Shown here one piece after another: positions 51,891-64,000 of a DNA stretch of 64,000 nucleotides (positions are counted from its first letter, which is position 1; each line of letters starts with the position of its first letter). Below the pieces are notes generated by a model, which had not been told where the DNA came from, did no database searches, and worked only from the letters and a program-made list of their open reading frames with translations. The DNA is from Gracilinanus agilis (taxonomy: Eukaryota). The DNA lies in assembly GCF_016433145.1 (NCBI RefSeq), contig NC_058131.1:555157831-555221830 (forward strand), written 5' to 3'. A program made the position numbers and the translations under genes.

Positions 51891-52755
51891 AGCAATTGTG
51901 ATTTGAGAAATTAGGTACTTAAGGCCAAAAATGTCTCAGAATAATGTGTGAAATTAGGTCATTGCTCCTTTTTTCACTTAGATATTAACCTATCTGAAGA
52001 CTGTTACAATTAAAAATGATAAAGACTGATATAATAATAGAAATTAGTATTTTAATTAAAGCCATGGCCATGCTGGTAAAATCATTAGATAAGACCGCGC
52101 TTGTAAGCATTCAAAACTGCCGCCCCTGCCATTATTGTTACCTCTCCTCTCTTCCCGAGCCTGCTAGCCAAAGAGGAAGTTCAAAGTCACTTCCCCCTAT
52201 TTAAAACTGTCCCTCACCTTGAATATGTAATCCAAAACAGGAAACCCGTTGGACCACTGGAAATGTAGTTTTAAGGTCCCCATGTGTCCATGGGGGGGGG
52301 GGAATATATATATATATACACACACACTTTTAAATGGTGTCTCCCAAATTCCAATAACACAAGACCTTATTTAAAATGAAAGTAATTCCCAGGAGAGGAT
52401 AATACATTAAGTCACTAAAACCATATTGCATTGGTCTTTATCTTTTTTTTTTTTCCTTCATGGAGAGGGAAATCATTGAGTGCCAAAGTGAGGAGAGAGG
52501 CAGAGGGTGTAGAAAATATCCTACTGTAATGTTTTTGGGGTTTTAGATACCTATGTGCAAAGTACTATATTGGGCTAAGGAATGTTGTAGAAGGAATGAA
52601 AGACTTCTGTAAGACCCTCTATACTTATTTCATTAGTTTAATACTAATTTATATTAAACTCTTAACTAAGTGCCTACCTTTTGAAGAATGCTATACTGTT
52701 AAGAAATTTGAGAGAACAGAATGTGAAAATGACTGATTTACCTTTAAATAAATGA

Positions 52756-53016
<261 letters not shown>

Positions 53017-53533
53017 TAATGCTTATTCTATGTACAGATTAGCTTGAATGTATTTTAGAATGTTTTTCCAAGTCTTCTTTCTTTGCTCCCAAGATTTTTG
53101 ATTCCTGCAATTTTTTTCTTTTAGAATTTAGTGTAGTAGTATATATGGTTAGTATTAGGGTAAGACTTAAGCTTTTCAGGAAAAAAACTTAAGTTGGGAG
53201 AGAATATTTTTAATGTAGAATGGGATAAGTGTTAGTGAAGGTGTTTAATTATGACTCTAGGCCTAATTTGTTATCTGAAACACTACATTTGTGGTGTATA
53301 CCTGAAATTAAGATTTTATTAAGCTTTTCCCTATTTAGTTAAGGTATGTTGTGATTCAGGGTGTTGAGGATCTCATTTGGAGCCAAGGAATTTCTGATCA
53401 AGGGATTGATTGTATGAGTGGTTTGGGAGTATGCTGAACCATTTGCTGTATGGCCTTATTTCTTCCAGTCTGCTGTTGTGATTTTGTGGTAACAGCTCCA
53501 CACTGACAGTCTCTTTTGGGATTTGTCTTTCAG

Positions 53534-53581
53534 CTCTTCCTTTGACCTGGATTATGATTTTCAACGAGATTATTATGACAG
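53534..53581 (+). CDS. HNRNPC: hnRNP C third coding exon (48 nt, SSFDLDYDFQRDYYDR)
   Basis: Branch-like CTGAC at 53503-53507, acceptor TTTCAG|CTCTT, donor CAG|GTATGA. Phase 2/2 joins in frame to both C1 and C2 donors. No later HNRNPC exon was recognised before 64000. Confidence 0.98.
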
Positions 53582-53835
53582 GTATGAATTTTATTCTTCT
53601 GAAATAAAAATCAGATTTTTAGATTGATTGGTCTGTGTTGTCAAGTGAAAGCCAAACTACTGGTCAGTTTAACATCAGTTGCCATAGCTTATAGGTTCTT
53701 AGGTATCCTTGCATAGTTCTGTATGTTCATTTGTAAATTAAGTTAATATTTATTGTCTTTATTTTACCAACCAAGTTAAGGTAAGAGACTGACTCCCAGG
53801 CAGTCACATAACAGTGGTAAAAGTGAGAGTATTAT

Positions 53836-53840
<5 letters not shown>

Positions 53841-53870
<30 letters not shown>
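53841..53870. repeat. (CA)15 microsatellite
   Basis: Direct observation. Confidence 0.98.
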
Positions 53871-53874
<4 letters not shown>

Positions 53875-54052
53875 TATGTACCATACTCCTCCTTTACCAC
53901 ATCTTTTTCCCTCCATTTTTTTTTTAAGGCAACACATAACTTTGTATTTGGTAAGAGGCATTGTCCTGAAATAGTGCCTTATTTCAGGATCACTAACTTG
54001 TATGTCTGTGCCTCTGGCAACTACTTAGGAATAAGTTGCTGAATCAGTTTTT

Positions 54053-54250
54053 TTTTAATTTTTTTTTTAATTTTAAACCTTTAACTTCTGTGTATTGACT
54101 TATAGGTGGAAGAGTGGTAAGGGTAGGCAATGGGGGTCAAGTGACTTGCCTAGGGTCACACAGCTGGGAAGTGTCTGAGGCCAGATTTGAACCTAGGACC
54201 TCCTGTCTCTAGGCCTGGCTCTCAATCCACTGAGCTACCCAGCTGCCCCC
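54053..54250 (-). mobile_element. SINE1_Mdo-like element, antisense
   Basis: TSD AATCAGTTTTT (54042-54052 and 54253-54263). Confidence 0.9.
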
Positions 54251-55326
54251 TAAATCAGTTTTTAAATTGTTATTCTTGGGAAAAATTGTTATCCATGGAA
54301 GAAATTCCCCATATTGATGAACATAGTCCGAATATTTGAGTAAGTGTTACATACTTACCTTGGATGCTAAGGGGATAAGAATATAAGTGTCTGGATCTTA
54401 TGAATTTATGTTGTAATTGGTGTTGGGAGAAAGCTCCACACTGACATCTGAAATAATCAATGCATACTTTAAACATTAAAAATTATTCAATACAAACTAG
54501 GTGCTAAAGGAATTGGCAAGGGCTTGGGTAGGTGGGAAGACTTGAGGCAGTTAAGATTTAAGAGTTTGGAAAAATGGGCAGATTTTGATGAGCATGAGAG
54601 TATTGTGGGGAACAATGGAGCAAAATTAGAGAATTGGCAATGAGCATCATAGTTAAATGAGACTGAAGTTAATCTGAATATAAGATGTAAATTAGGAAAG
54701 CAGTAGATGATGAAATTGGATTGTAAGGAATATTTAATAGATTGAATTGAACAGGTAGGTAAGGGTATGACCATATTTTGGAAAGCCTAAAAAGCCATGT
54801 TAGTTAGATTTGATGAGGTCAGAGATATTTATTAAAAGTATTTGAGTAATTGATGTGCTGAGCATGGCAAATTTGTCTAGTGTTAAACAATTATACTTCC
54901 ACAGGAACAATTAAGTCTAATTCCATATATGGATCTTCTATATTAATTGAGAAAAAACTATACATATAAGATTAATTGGCCTTTAACATTATTCTTCAAC
55001 TATAGAAAAAGGAAATTAAGCCATGAACTATTGTAATTTGTTTAATTTTTTTTCAGATACCTATACCATTACTCTAATTAGTAGATTAAATTCTTTGCTT
55101 TTAGGAGAAGTGAAAGTTAATGGATTATAAATAATTGTTCTTGCAAATAAGTGTCTTAGTTATATTTCATAACAAACTTTGCTTTGCCTGTTTGGAAACT
55201 CAGTAGCTCCAGATCAAATTCATGATCAGACAGAACCTTTTAGATTTCTTAGGAGTAGTCCAGGATACTAAGGTCTTTCTTGATGAGATAAACTTATTGG
55301 ACTAGTTTTATTCTTGAAGTATATTA

Positions 55327-55509
55327 GGGCAGCTAGGTGGCTCAGTGCTTTGGGTTCCAGGTCTAGAGATGGGAGAACCCTGGGTTCAAATGTGACCTTG
55401 AACACTTCTAGGCAAGTTGCTTAATCCCCTTTGCCTACCCCTTAACTGTTCTTCATTGGGACTAATATTAGTATGTATTCTGAGATAAAAGAGGTTAGGG
55501 TTTAAAAAA
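55327..55509 (+). mobile_element. Mar1-like CORE-SINE
   Basis: GGGCAGCTAGGTGGCTCAGTG head. Degenerate tail. Confidence 0.8.
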
Positions 55510-55720
55510 GTAATGTTAATAACTTTATAAATAATATATTTTATAAACAATGTTTTTATTTATAAATTCATATTTAAAATTAAATTTATATCAACATAAA
55601 TATAAGCATTTATTTTTATTTATTTTATATTTACATAAATATAAATATGTAAACATAAATAATATAAATACATATGAATAATAAATTTGTAAATAAAATT
55701 AAACTTAGTAGTAATAATAA
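55510..55720. repeat. AT-rich low-complexity tract
   Basis: Almost entirely A/T. Confidence 0.85.
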
Positions 55721-55769
55721 TAGCTCTGTGCAGACCCTTATGCCTTTTGCCTTAGGGATAAGTGTTGAA

Positions 55770-55978
55770 AAATTTTTTTAAATTAGAAATCCTTACCTTC
55801 TGATTTAGAATTAATACCAGCTATCAGTTCCAAAGCAGAAGGGTGGGAAGGACTAGGCAGTTGGAGTTAAAGTAACTTGCTTAGGGTCACACATAGGAAG
55901 GGTCTGAAGCCATGTTTAAACCCCAGACCACCTATCTCCAGGATTGTCTCTATCCACTCAGCCACCTAGTTGTCCCTT
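55770..55978 (-). mobile_element. Mar1-like CORE-SINE
   Basis: Reverse-complement tail CCTTACCTTCTG and core. Confidence 0.8.
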
Positions 55979-56334
55979 GGATCTGTTTTTTAATTGACTT
56001 TAGGGGCTCCTGATGAAAAATAATGAAGATCCTAATTCTAATAGTGAAGATCATTGTCTTCTTTACAACTTGGAGAACCCTCTGTAGAGTTAACTAGAGC
56101 AGTGGTGTCAAACTAGTTAAGACATTTACTAATTACATTTTAATCTGTTTGAGCCAGAATTTTACAGTATCGTATAGAGCTCTAAACTGTTAGGTCAGGC
56201 AATATATGTTTGAGGCAGGATTGGAAATAGCCTAGGGCCTGACTTAATATCCACTAAGCCATACTTTACAAAACTTCTTTCCTTATACTCTTGATACTTT
56301 TCCCATGATTTTTCCATTGAATATATTCCTTTTT

Positions 56335-56910
56335 TCTTAAATAAATTTTTATTGCAATATCTTGCTTTTTATATCCCAGTTTTTCCTGATATTTCCCTTC
56401 TCCCTTGTCTCAGAGAGCTATTCTATACGTTAAATATTTTTTAAATTAAGAGAGGAAGGAAAAACTCTAGGAAAGTGGCCAAATATCAGTGCATAATTTC
56501 AAATTGTATCCTGACTATTCTACCAAGTATCAACATTGAACACCATTCTTCTTAGTTATATGACCTGAATGTCAAAGGTCATAATGTAAAAATTGATAGC
56601 TATGGGTAGGGTAGGGAGAGTTGTCTTCTTAACCAAAGGATAGACAAATAAACTAGGTAACTTTGATTATAAAACTGAAAAGTTTCTGCACAAACCAAAT
56701 TGTACATAGGGTAGTAAGGGGGAAGTATTTGGCAAAAATATTTTGTCATGTATTTTAGATAAGTATTTGATATCCATGATATGTAGACAACTAACAAAAA
56801 TATAGATGAGTGGTAAAAGGATAAGGGCAAAAGTTCCAAAATATTAACAACTGTGAAAGAATACAAAACACTAATAATAGAAATGCAAATCAGAACAACC
56901 CAGTTCATTT
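56335..56910. mobile_element. Old L1 remnants (minus 3'UTR-like part, then plus ORF2-like part)
   Basis: The plus part resembles L1 ORF2 (AAACTGAAAAGTTTCTGCACAAAC, AGAAATGCAAATCAGAACAAC). Degenerate. Confidence 0.6.
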
Positions 56911-57485
56911 TTTTTATGGTATTTAGAGGATGAATAGATAATCATTAACCTTAATATGATTTCTATGACTTTGAAATCAGGGCTCATATGATACTAATTG
57001 ACCTCTAGGACCATCCATTTATAGCCTAGTGATTCTTCCATTCTATTTTTATTTACTGGGTCTCATCTTAATTGATAGCGTTTATTCACAGTGGAATTTT
57101 CAGGGTTTTATATTTATTTGTTTTAAGCTACGGTACTTTTGTCCCTGGAGAGAGAGAACAGATGAATATTTCATTTCATAGTAACCTAAACAAATACAAG
57201 ACCCAATTTGTTTTACTTTTTCCACCTTAAATGCAAATATGAATGAAGTTTTACTTAATTGTTTTCTGATTAATAAGGGAAGGAGTAATTAATAATTTCT
57301 CATCTGGAGTTATTTTATAATAAATAATGTGGAACAGGATTTGCATTCTAAAATGTGTGATGTGGAGGGAATCTGGACTGAGAAATATATTTTTTTGCAT
57401 AGTCACTTTTTTTTTTAAAGTCCAAAGTATTAATGTTGCACAAAAAGGTGGTAAAGAGTGGTAAGCTGGAAGGCCAATGTAAATT

Positions 57486-57691
57486 GATTTTTTTTGTTTG
57501 TTTTTTAATTTAAAACCCTAGTCAATATTGTGTATTGGCTCCAAGGCAGAAGAGTGGTAAGGGCCAGGCAATGGGGGTCAAGTCACTTGCCCAGGGTCAT
57601 ACAGTTTGGAAGTGTCTGAGGTCAGATTTGCACCTAGGATCTCCCATCTCTAGACCTGGCTTTCAATCCACTGAGCTATCCAGCAGCCCCC
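57486..57691 (-). mobile_element. Mar1-like CORE-SINE
   Basis: TSD-like GCCAAT(G/A)TAAATT on both sides. Confidence 0.85.
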
Positions 57692-60299
57692 TGCCAATAT
57701 AAATTTAAACCTAACAGCTCCTGGAATTGAATGTCAGTTGGTTATCTAGCTAAGTGGGGTTAACTGCGTTCAGAGTCTAATTCTTAACTTTTATAAGTTC
57801 AGAAACTAATTTTTTCAGTTCACCCAAAGGTAATGAAACTGAAAAGCCTGGCATAAACCAGCATTCCTTTTTTAGTATAGTGGGAGAATGATCCTGAGAA
57901 CAATAAGGAAACTACCTTTCCCCAAAATATTATGGAAATATTGTCATTCAAAGCTATTGAATTACAAGTGCTCTTACCTTGTACTCTTTGAGTTGTCTAT
58001 CTTACCAATATGAGGATGCTATAATTGAGGCAGTAAAGTAGATTTGACTTTTAAATGCAGATGTTTTATCATTTGCTTTCTACTCTAAACAGGTGAAGGT
58101 ATGGGATGATTTTAAAAATAAACACACCCCAACAAAACAAAATAGTCATTTGTGTAGATTTCTCCTTTCTGCTAGGTATGCCCGTTTAAAGTACATCATA
58201 TTGGCACTTGGAATATTTTTTGGTGAGCCTAGAAATATCTCATTTCTGATAGTTCTACAATACTCCAGACATATATATTCTTCACAAATAATGCCTACTA
58301 CTTGACTTATTCCTTGCAACCACAAAAAGTATTGTGCATTCCACAAAGCTATTAGTGGTTTGGTGACTTACTTCTACATGCCATACTGGTTTTTCAGCTC
58401 TTACAGTTTTCTTAACAGTTACCAAACATACCAATTAAAAAAAAATTGATTTGTCAAGAATAGAAGAAAAACATGTTGAACATTTTAGTATTTTTTTAAT
58501 TTGAAATAAACAATAGTTGACCTTTAGATGCTTTTAAGATTTGCATAGTCATTACTCTTTAATACATTTGAGGTATTATTTCCATTTGGCAGATATAAGA
58601 GCCACAGGAAAAAAGTAAAATGAATTGCTTATGTTTGAAATGAGATTTTGAACCTCAGGTGTCCTTTCCCTGAGTATTGCACTCAGATGAGTTTATTGTG
58701 GTTCCTTTGTTTAACCATGCTGAGCTAGTATTACTTTTAGCTGTTGAGTGAAATATTTACATATATCTGGTGGTTTATCTTATTTTGTTGGTTATTAGTT
58801 TCCTGCCCCCCCCCCCCCCAAAGTCAAACCACTGATTCCATATTATAGTGTAATTAACCCATTTGCAGAAGGATATATAAGGGGAGATGTACTTGTTAGA
58901 AGGTCGCATTTGTTCCTTTTTACTAAAGGTCAAAAAATAAAATAGAAGGCTATTTGAGTAGCAGTGAAAGGCATCACCATTTATCCTGTTTATACCATCT
59001 TTGTATTTTTTAAATTTATCGAATCAAATTTGGTTGATAACCCCTTTACAACATCCTTCCCCTTTTTTCTTTGTTTTCATCCCTACTACTATAGTTTTTA
59101 GATCCATTACCAGAGAAAATGTTTCCTCTTCTGTTTCATCCTGCTGCTAAAATATTCTGTTATGAATTGAATAGTTCTAGTATCACTCCTACTTCAAAAA
59201 AAATCCTTTTAGCCCTATCACAAAATCTTAGAACTAGAAGAGACCAATGCCTTCATATTTTATTTTTTATATTTAAAAGTTTTAACAGCTGCCAAACAAG
59301 ATAACCATTGCTGTATCTGTAATGTAGAAGAGAGAACAAATATACATGAAACCACATGGCTCTATTACATAAAGTTTATTTTTTGTTTTAATAAGTATAT
59401 AAGATACTCAGCATGCAACTTTGAAAGCTCTTTTACTTGCCTGATTAATACTTATCTTCTTTGCTTATTTTTTGAGTTGCCTTAGTCATTTCTATTCCTC
59501 TTTTGCTATTTCCTATTTCTTCTTCCTTCTCCAATAGAAAAAAAAGAAAAGGCCCTTGTAGGAAATGCATAGACAAAACAAATTGACCTCATTTTAAAGA
59601 TGAAGAAACTGAGGCATAGAGAGTTTTAAGTGATTTGTGTAAGGTTATAACAGTTAGTAATTGTCAGCCAGAACTTGAATTTGGATACTCTGTCTCATAA
59701 ATTCACATATTTTCTGTTACTGCTGTCACTGTACTTCCCACATGTTTTCTGTGCCAAATCTTTCTCCTCTGTTCACAAATATCTTATACCTCCAAGCCTT
59801 GGTCATAATGTTATGTTATCCACAAAGTCTTCTCTAGTACTCTGAAACAATAAAGATTCTTCATTTCTACACCTTACTTGACCCTTAGCCTCTGTTTTAA
59901 TGATTATAGATGAATTTAATTGAGACTCAGGCAAATTGTGACAAGTTAAAGTTGTAGTTCTGAAATTTAAATATAGGCCCCCTCTGTTCATCCTTTAAAA
60001 CTTTTAAAATCGTTGATTTTTAAAAGTGTCATTTCCAAAAATATACCTCCTTTAATCAGATTATTTTTTATCTATTATTTTAAAAAACCCTTAATTTAAT
60101 GAAAGAAAGCCATTTGAATAAACCTTACCCAACCAAGTCTTACAGAGTATGCAATATTCTATACCTATAATCTTTGCTAAGAAGTTTTCTTCATGGGTAA
60201 ATTTGATTATTGTAATTATTATGTAATTCAGTTTTATTCTTTCGATTGGGTATTTGAAGGAGTCTCATTTATTGGGAGATATTGAGAGTTCAGTTAGAC

Positions 60300-60580
60300 C
60301 CCAGAAGGCAGAACCAGGAACAATGGGTGAAATTTACAGAAAGAAAATTTGGCTTTCATGTCAGGAAAAACTCCTAACAGTAACAGTTGTCCACAAGTGG
60401 CCATAAGAATTATGAAAGTTGACCTTGAGAGGTGATCAATTCAGTCTCTCTGTATGTCTTCAAAGCACAGGCTAGATATGACCGCATATCAACTGTGTCA
60501 CAGTAGAGATTCCTTTGGGTGTATGGGTCAGTCTAGATAGGTGCTGAGGTCCCTTCTAGCTTTAAAATTTTAGCATTCAA
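60300..60580 (+). mobile_element. L3/CR1-type 3' end
   Basis: Ends TAGATAGGTGCTGAGGTCCCTTCTAGCTTTAAAATT, a CR1/MIR3-type tail. Confidence 0.6.
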
Positions 60581-61659
60581 TCATAAGAAGAATACTACAT
60601 GTAGTAGAACCTCTGAGCATAAGGATACTATCTTCTTTCCTTATTGTTTTTCTTATCTTAATTCTTTTTCTGAGATTAATACATTTTAATGAAGGATTGT
60701 AGTGCAATATTTGCCCAATATTTTTTGTTCATGTTGGCTTTATGAAATTGTGTACGTAACAACTTTGAATGATTTGTATTAATCTGGGCTAAAATTTATG
60801 TTACAAAAATGAAGTACTCTCTTCAATATTGATCTTCATGCCCAACCCAGTGTTAATATATAATAAAAGATAAAGGTAAAATGAATTTTGAATCTAGGAT
60901 CCAGGTTGAGCAAAGAAAAGAATTGGAAGGCAATTATATAAAATGGAAGATGAGATCTGTATATATCAGTCTTGATGGATATTGTTAAAACCATTTCCCC
61001 TTCCTTATCCTAATTCAAATAAGTGAAACACAGTGGCATAAAATATTGTAACTTTTTGGAAGCCAATCATTGCCATTATGAATCTCAAACAATTTATTGA
61101 GTTTCTACCCTAAGCATTATGTAGATTAAGTTGAACCCAAGGCCTTGTCCTCAAGGAATGCAGTGTAGAAATGGACATAGGTTAAACAGTGATGTGAATT
61201 CAATATAATTGGAGGAAAGCAAAAGGTTTAACAGATGTTATGTTTAACTACTATTGCATTTTAGTTAGAATTGATTACTTAATCAGGTCCAAGTTTAGGG
61301 GGAATGTGGTACTCCTAAATCTGTGATCTCATTAGTTTTGGTTAGCTTTTGTTACCAGTTTCTTCCTGTAATTTTGCATGAAGGGTTCATCTAATATTCT
61401 GGTTACTTTTCTTTACTTTCTTCTTGAAAGCATTGTAGTAAGACCAATGGAGATCTTGGGATCTGTCATCTCCTTCTGTGTGGCCAGTTGGTCTTTTAAC
61501 ATGTTTCCTTGATGACAACTTAAACTTATTCAGAATTCTTCATTTTAAAATAATTTCTTTATGTTGATACTCATAATGCTCTTATTAGTATTTTTGTTAC
61601 TCTTCAAATTTTTTTTGAGTGTAGTATTTTTTCCAGTGGAGTGGGGGGACAGGTTAGGA

Positions 61660-62270
61660 GTGCAATGAGTAACAACCATTATAACATGTAATGCAAAACA
61701 AGTTTCTACATTTGCTATGACCAAAAATGCATGTCTCATTCAGCAATATATAATCCTTCACCTTTGTCAGGTGAATCATGTTCTTCAATCATTGGTCCTC
61801 TGGAATTATGGGTGGACATTGCATTGATTGGAGTTGTAGTCTTTCAAAATGGCATCATTCCCAGCAAATGGAGAAAGAAATAAAAATTCACAAGTGAAGG
61901 AAAAAGAAAATTATTAGAGATTGTTATTCCCAACTAATATGTCAATAAAATTGGCAACTTAAATGAAATGGACAAATACTTGTAAAGCTAAGTCATTGTT
62001 CCTAGGTTAACAGAATAAGAAGCAGAGAATTTAATTGACCTAATTCTGGGAGGAAATGAACGTGCCATTAATGTACTCCACTCACAAAGGGAAAGTAAAG
62101 CCCTGTTACTTGAGTTATCTATTAAAACATTCAAAAGGCAATTCCAATATTATGCATAATTTTTGCAAAAGTGGAACAAAAAGGACCCTATTAAAATTGT
62201 TTTGTGATGCCTATGATCTTGCTATCTAAACCAGGGAGAGAAGTTTAGACTAATAATTCTTCTAAAACCT
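61660..62270. mobile_element. Old L1 remnants (minus 3'UTR part, then plus ORF2 part)
   Basis: AACTTAAATGAAATGGACAAATAC and neighbouring motifs resemble L1 ORF2 upstream of the RT domain. Confidence 0.65.
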
Positions 62271-62539
62271 TTTCATTCAGAGACTTGTTTCCCATATCAT
62301 TCTCTCTTATAAAAAAACTGGTGGAATGTTGTCATTGAAAAGATGGGGCTTTCATGGGAAAGATTGTGGTCATTAAACGAGCTTTGCAACTTCCCTAAGG
62401 AAATCTCACCTACTTTCAACTGTTCACATTTAGGCTCATTTTTGTTGTCTTCTTACCAGATAAATGTGAACTTATGAAGAAACTAAAGGTTTCCATCCAT
62501 GTCATAATCTGAGGAATAGACTTTATTTAGCCACCTAAT

Positions 62540-62700
62540 TTCTTTTTAAACCCTTATTTTCTGTCTTAACACCCCTTTAAGACAGAAAGGCAAGGGCTAG
62601 CAAATGGGCACATAGCTAGGAAATGTCTGAGGTCAAATTTGAATCCAGGTCCTCCTGACTCCAGTCTTGGCATTCTTTCTACTATGCCACCTAGCTGCTC
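62540..62700 (-). mobile_element. Mar1-like CORE-SINE, internally deleted
   Basis: Reverse-complement tail and head motifs. Confidence 0.75.
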
Positions 62701-64000
62701 TCACCTATTCTTTCTTGTGTTGATGATGGATGTTGAGGTCTTCCAAATATTTCTTTGTTTTAATGGCATTTTCATTTTTGATAATGATAATTTATACTAT
62801 TCAATATTGTAAAAATTTACCATTTTGAAAGTCTTATCTTAGCATTACCAATAACCAACCATAATTCTAGAGGACTAATGATGACAAATACTATTTATTT
62901 CCTGAGAGATGAAAGACTTGAAAACACAGAATAAAACACATTTTTGGATATTTGATTTACTTTGCATATTTTTTAAAAATTATTTTGTTTTTCCATATTT
63001 TCAGTAGAGCTGGTTGACTCCATGTGGTTTTATGTATACATGTATGTATACAAGAAAGATGCATTTTTAAAAAAAATTTTTTTTCAGTTGAGCTGGTTGA
63101 CTGAGTGTGTTTGTATATACAAATATAAATATATGTTTATACAAGATAGATACAGAGTAGATAGGTAGAAGGTGAGCTTTAAGCTGACTGAGGTAGAAGT
63201 AAGGCAGAACATTTGAAGCATGGAGAATAGTGTAATAGTATAGAGATGAGACATAAATAATGACTTGACTAAAGAAATTATGGATCTGATGGTTAATAGC
63301 TGTTTTACCTCAGGGAAGTTAACTAATCCCTCTGAACTTCCCTTTTCTCTGCTGTGAAGTTGTGATAGTATTTTAACTACCTGGGTTAAAGGATTATTTT
63401 TGTGGAAAGTATTTTGTAAGTTAATGAATTGGGATGGGTAAAATTCTCTAGACTGCTATATTCTACACTGGACTTCTCAAGGGCATAGTTATTCGTATAT
63501 CAATTGAAGGAAATCTTGAAGGAGATAGGATTTCATAATGTATAATTTCTATTCACTTGTTAAAAATAGCACAGTGGTCAAGATCTCTTTCCTCTTGTAA
63601 GTAACTAAACCTTAAGGTATTTGAATTTCTTCTTGGGATGGCTAGAAACTTAGACTATTATATATTGTTTCAGAGGCTATTCTGGCATGAGTCCTTTAAA
63701 AATAGGATTTGTTTTGTTTTGTTTTTACACCAGTATATTTCCCTCTGGTATCCTTCCCGTTTCTTTCAGGGAGCCATGTCACATAACAAATAGTTGTGTT
63801 GTTTTTTTTTTCCAGACAAAAGAGGAAATGGGAGGTGGGGGGGGGTGCAGAAGCATAGCCAATTAATAATGTGTGATACTTACGGAACTTGGGCCTTTGT
63901 AAAGGAATGGGTTGGGAACATCTTCTCATTTTATTGAACTATGCTTGTTCTTTGCAGTATTAACTTAATTTTTTGTGTACAGTGGTTCTTTTCAGTTCTG

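Noticed and set aside
53461-53533. Extra AGs (53467, 53494, 53508) as alternative acceptors for the 48-nt exon; the last would add 8 aa in frame
   Set aside because: A canonical CTGAC branch 27 nt before 53533 explains the normal acceptor. The other AGs lie upstream of or too close to the branch point and have weaker tracts.
53494-54446. Exact 15-mer AGCTCCACACTGACA at 53494-53508 (covering the branch point) and 54432-54446
   Set aside because: One or two chance 15-mer matches are expected in 64 kb. There is no extended homology, and the second copy lacks a pyrimidine tract and AG.

Overview
Marsupial genomic DNA, most likely an opossum. This rests on the repeat complement (SINE1_Mdo-like and Mar1-like CORE-SINEs, L1_Mdo-like LINEs) and strong CpG depletion; the species is inferred, not proven. 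The window holds the 5' half of HNRNPC on the + strand: a CpG-island promoter (~22600-24100), non-coding exon 1 (donor after 23473), a non-repeat block in the first intron (27940-29210) broken by two assembly gaps, and three coding exons (50010-50250, 52808-52883/52922, 53534-53581). These encode the RRM and the alternative 13-aa hnRNP C2 insert. The remaining exons lie beyond the window. Bases 1-22300 contain no recognisable protein-coding gene, only solo LTRs, hAT MITEs, L1/L2/MIR and SINEs. The most interesting signal is a candidate 5'UTR cassette ending at 29203. It carries a strong-Kozak 28-codon uORF whose stop overlaps a second ATG at the exon end (TGATG|GTAAGA). After splicing, that ATG reads into an in-frame TGA 18 nt before the real start codon, suggesting a splice-controlled translational/NMD switch. 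There is no transcript evidence for it here, and no novel multi-gene system is evident. Repeat family names and most repeat boundaries were judged by eye.
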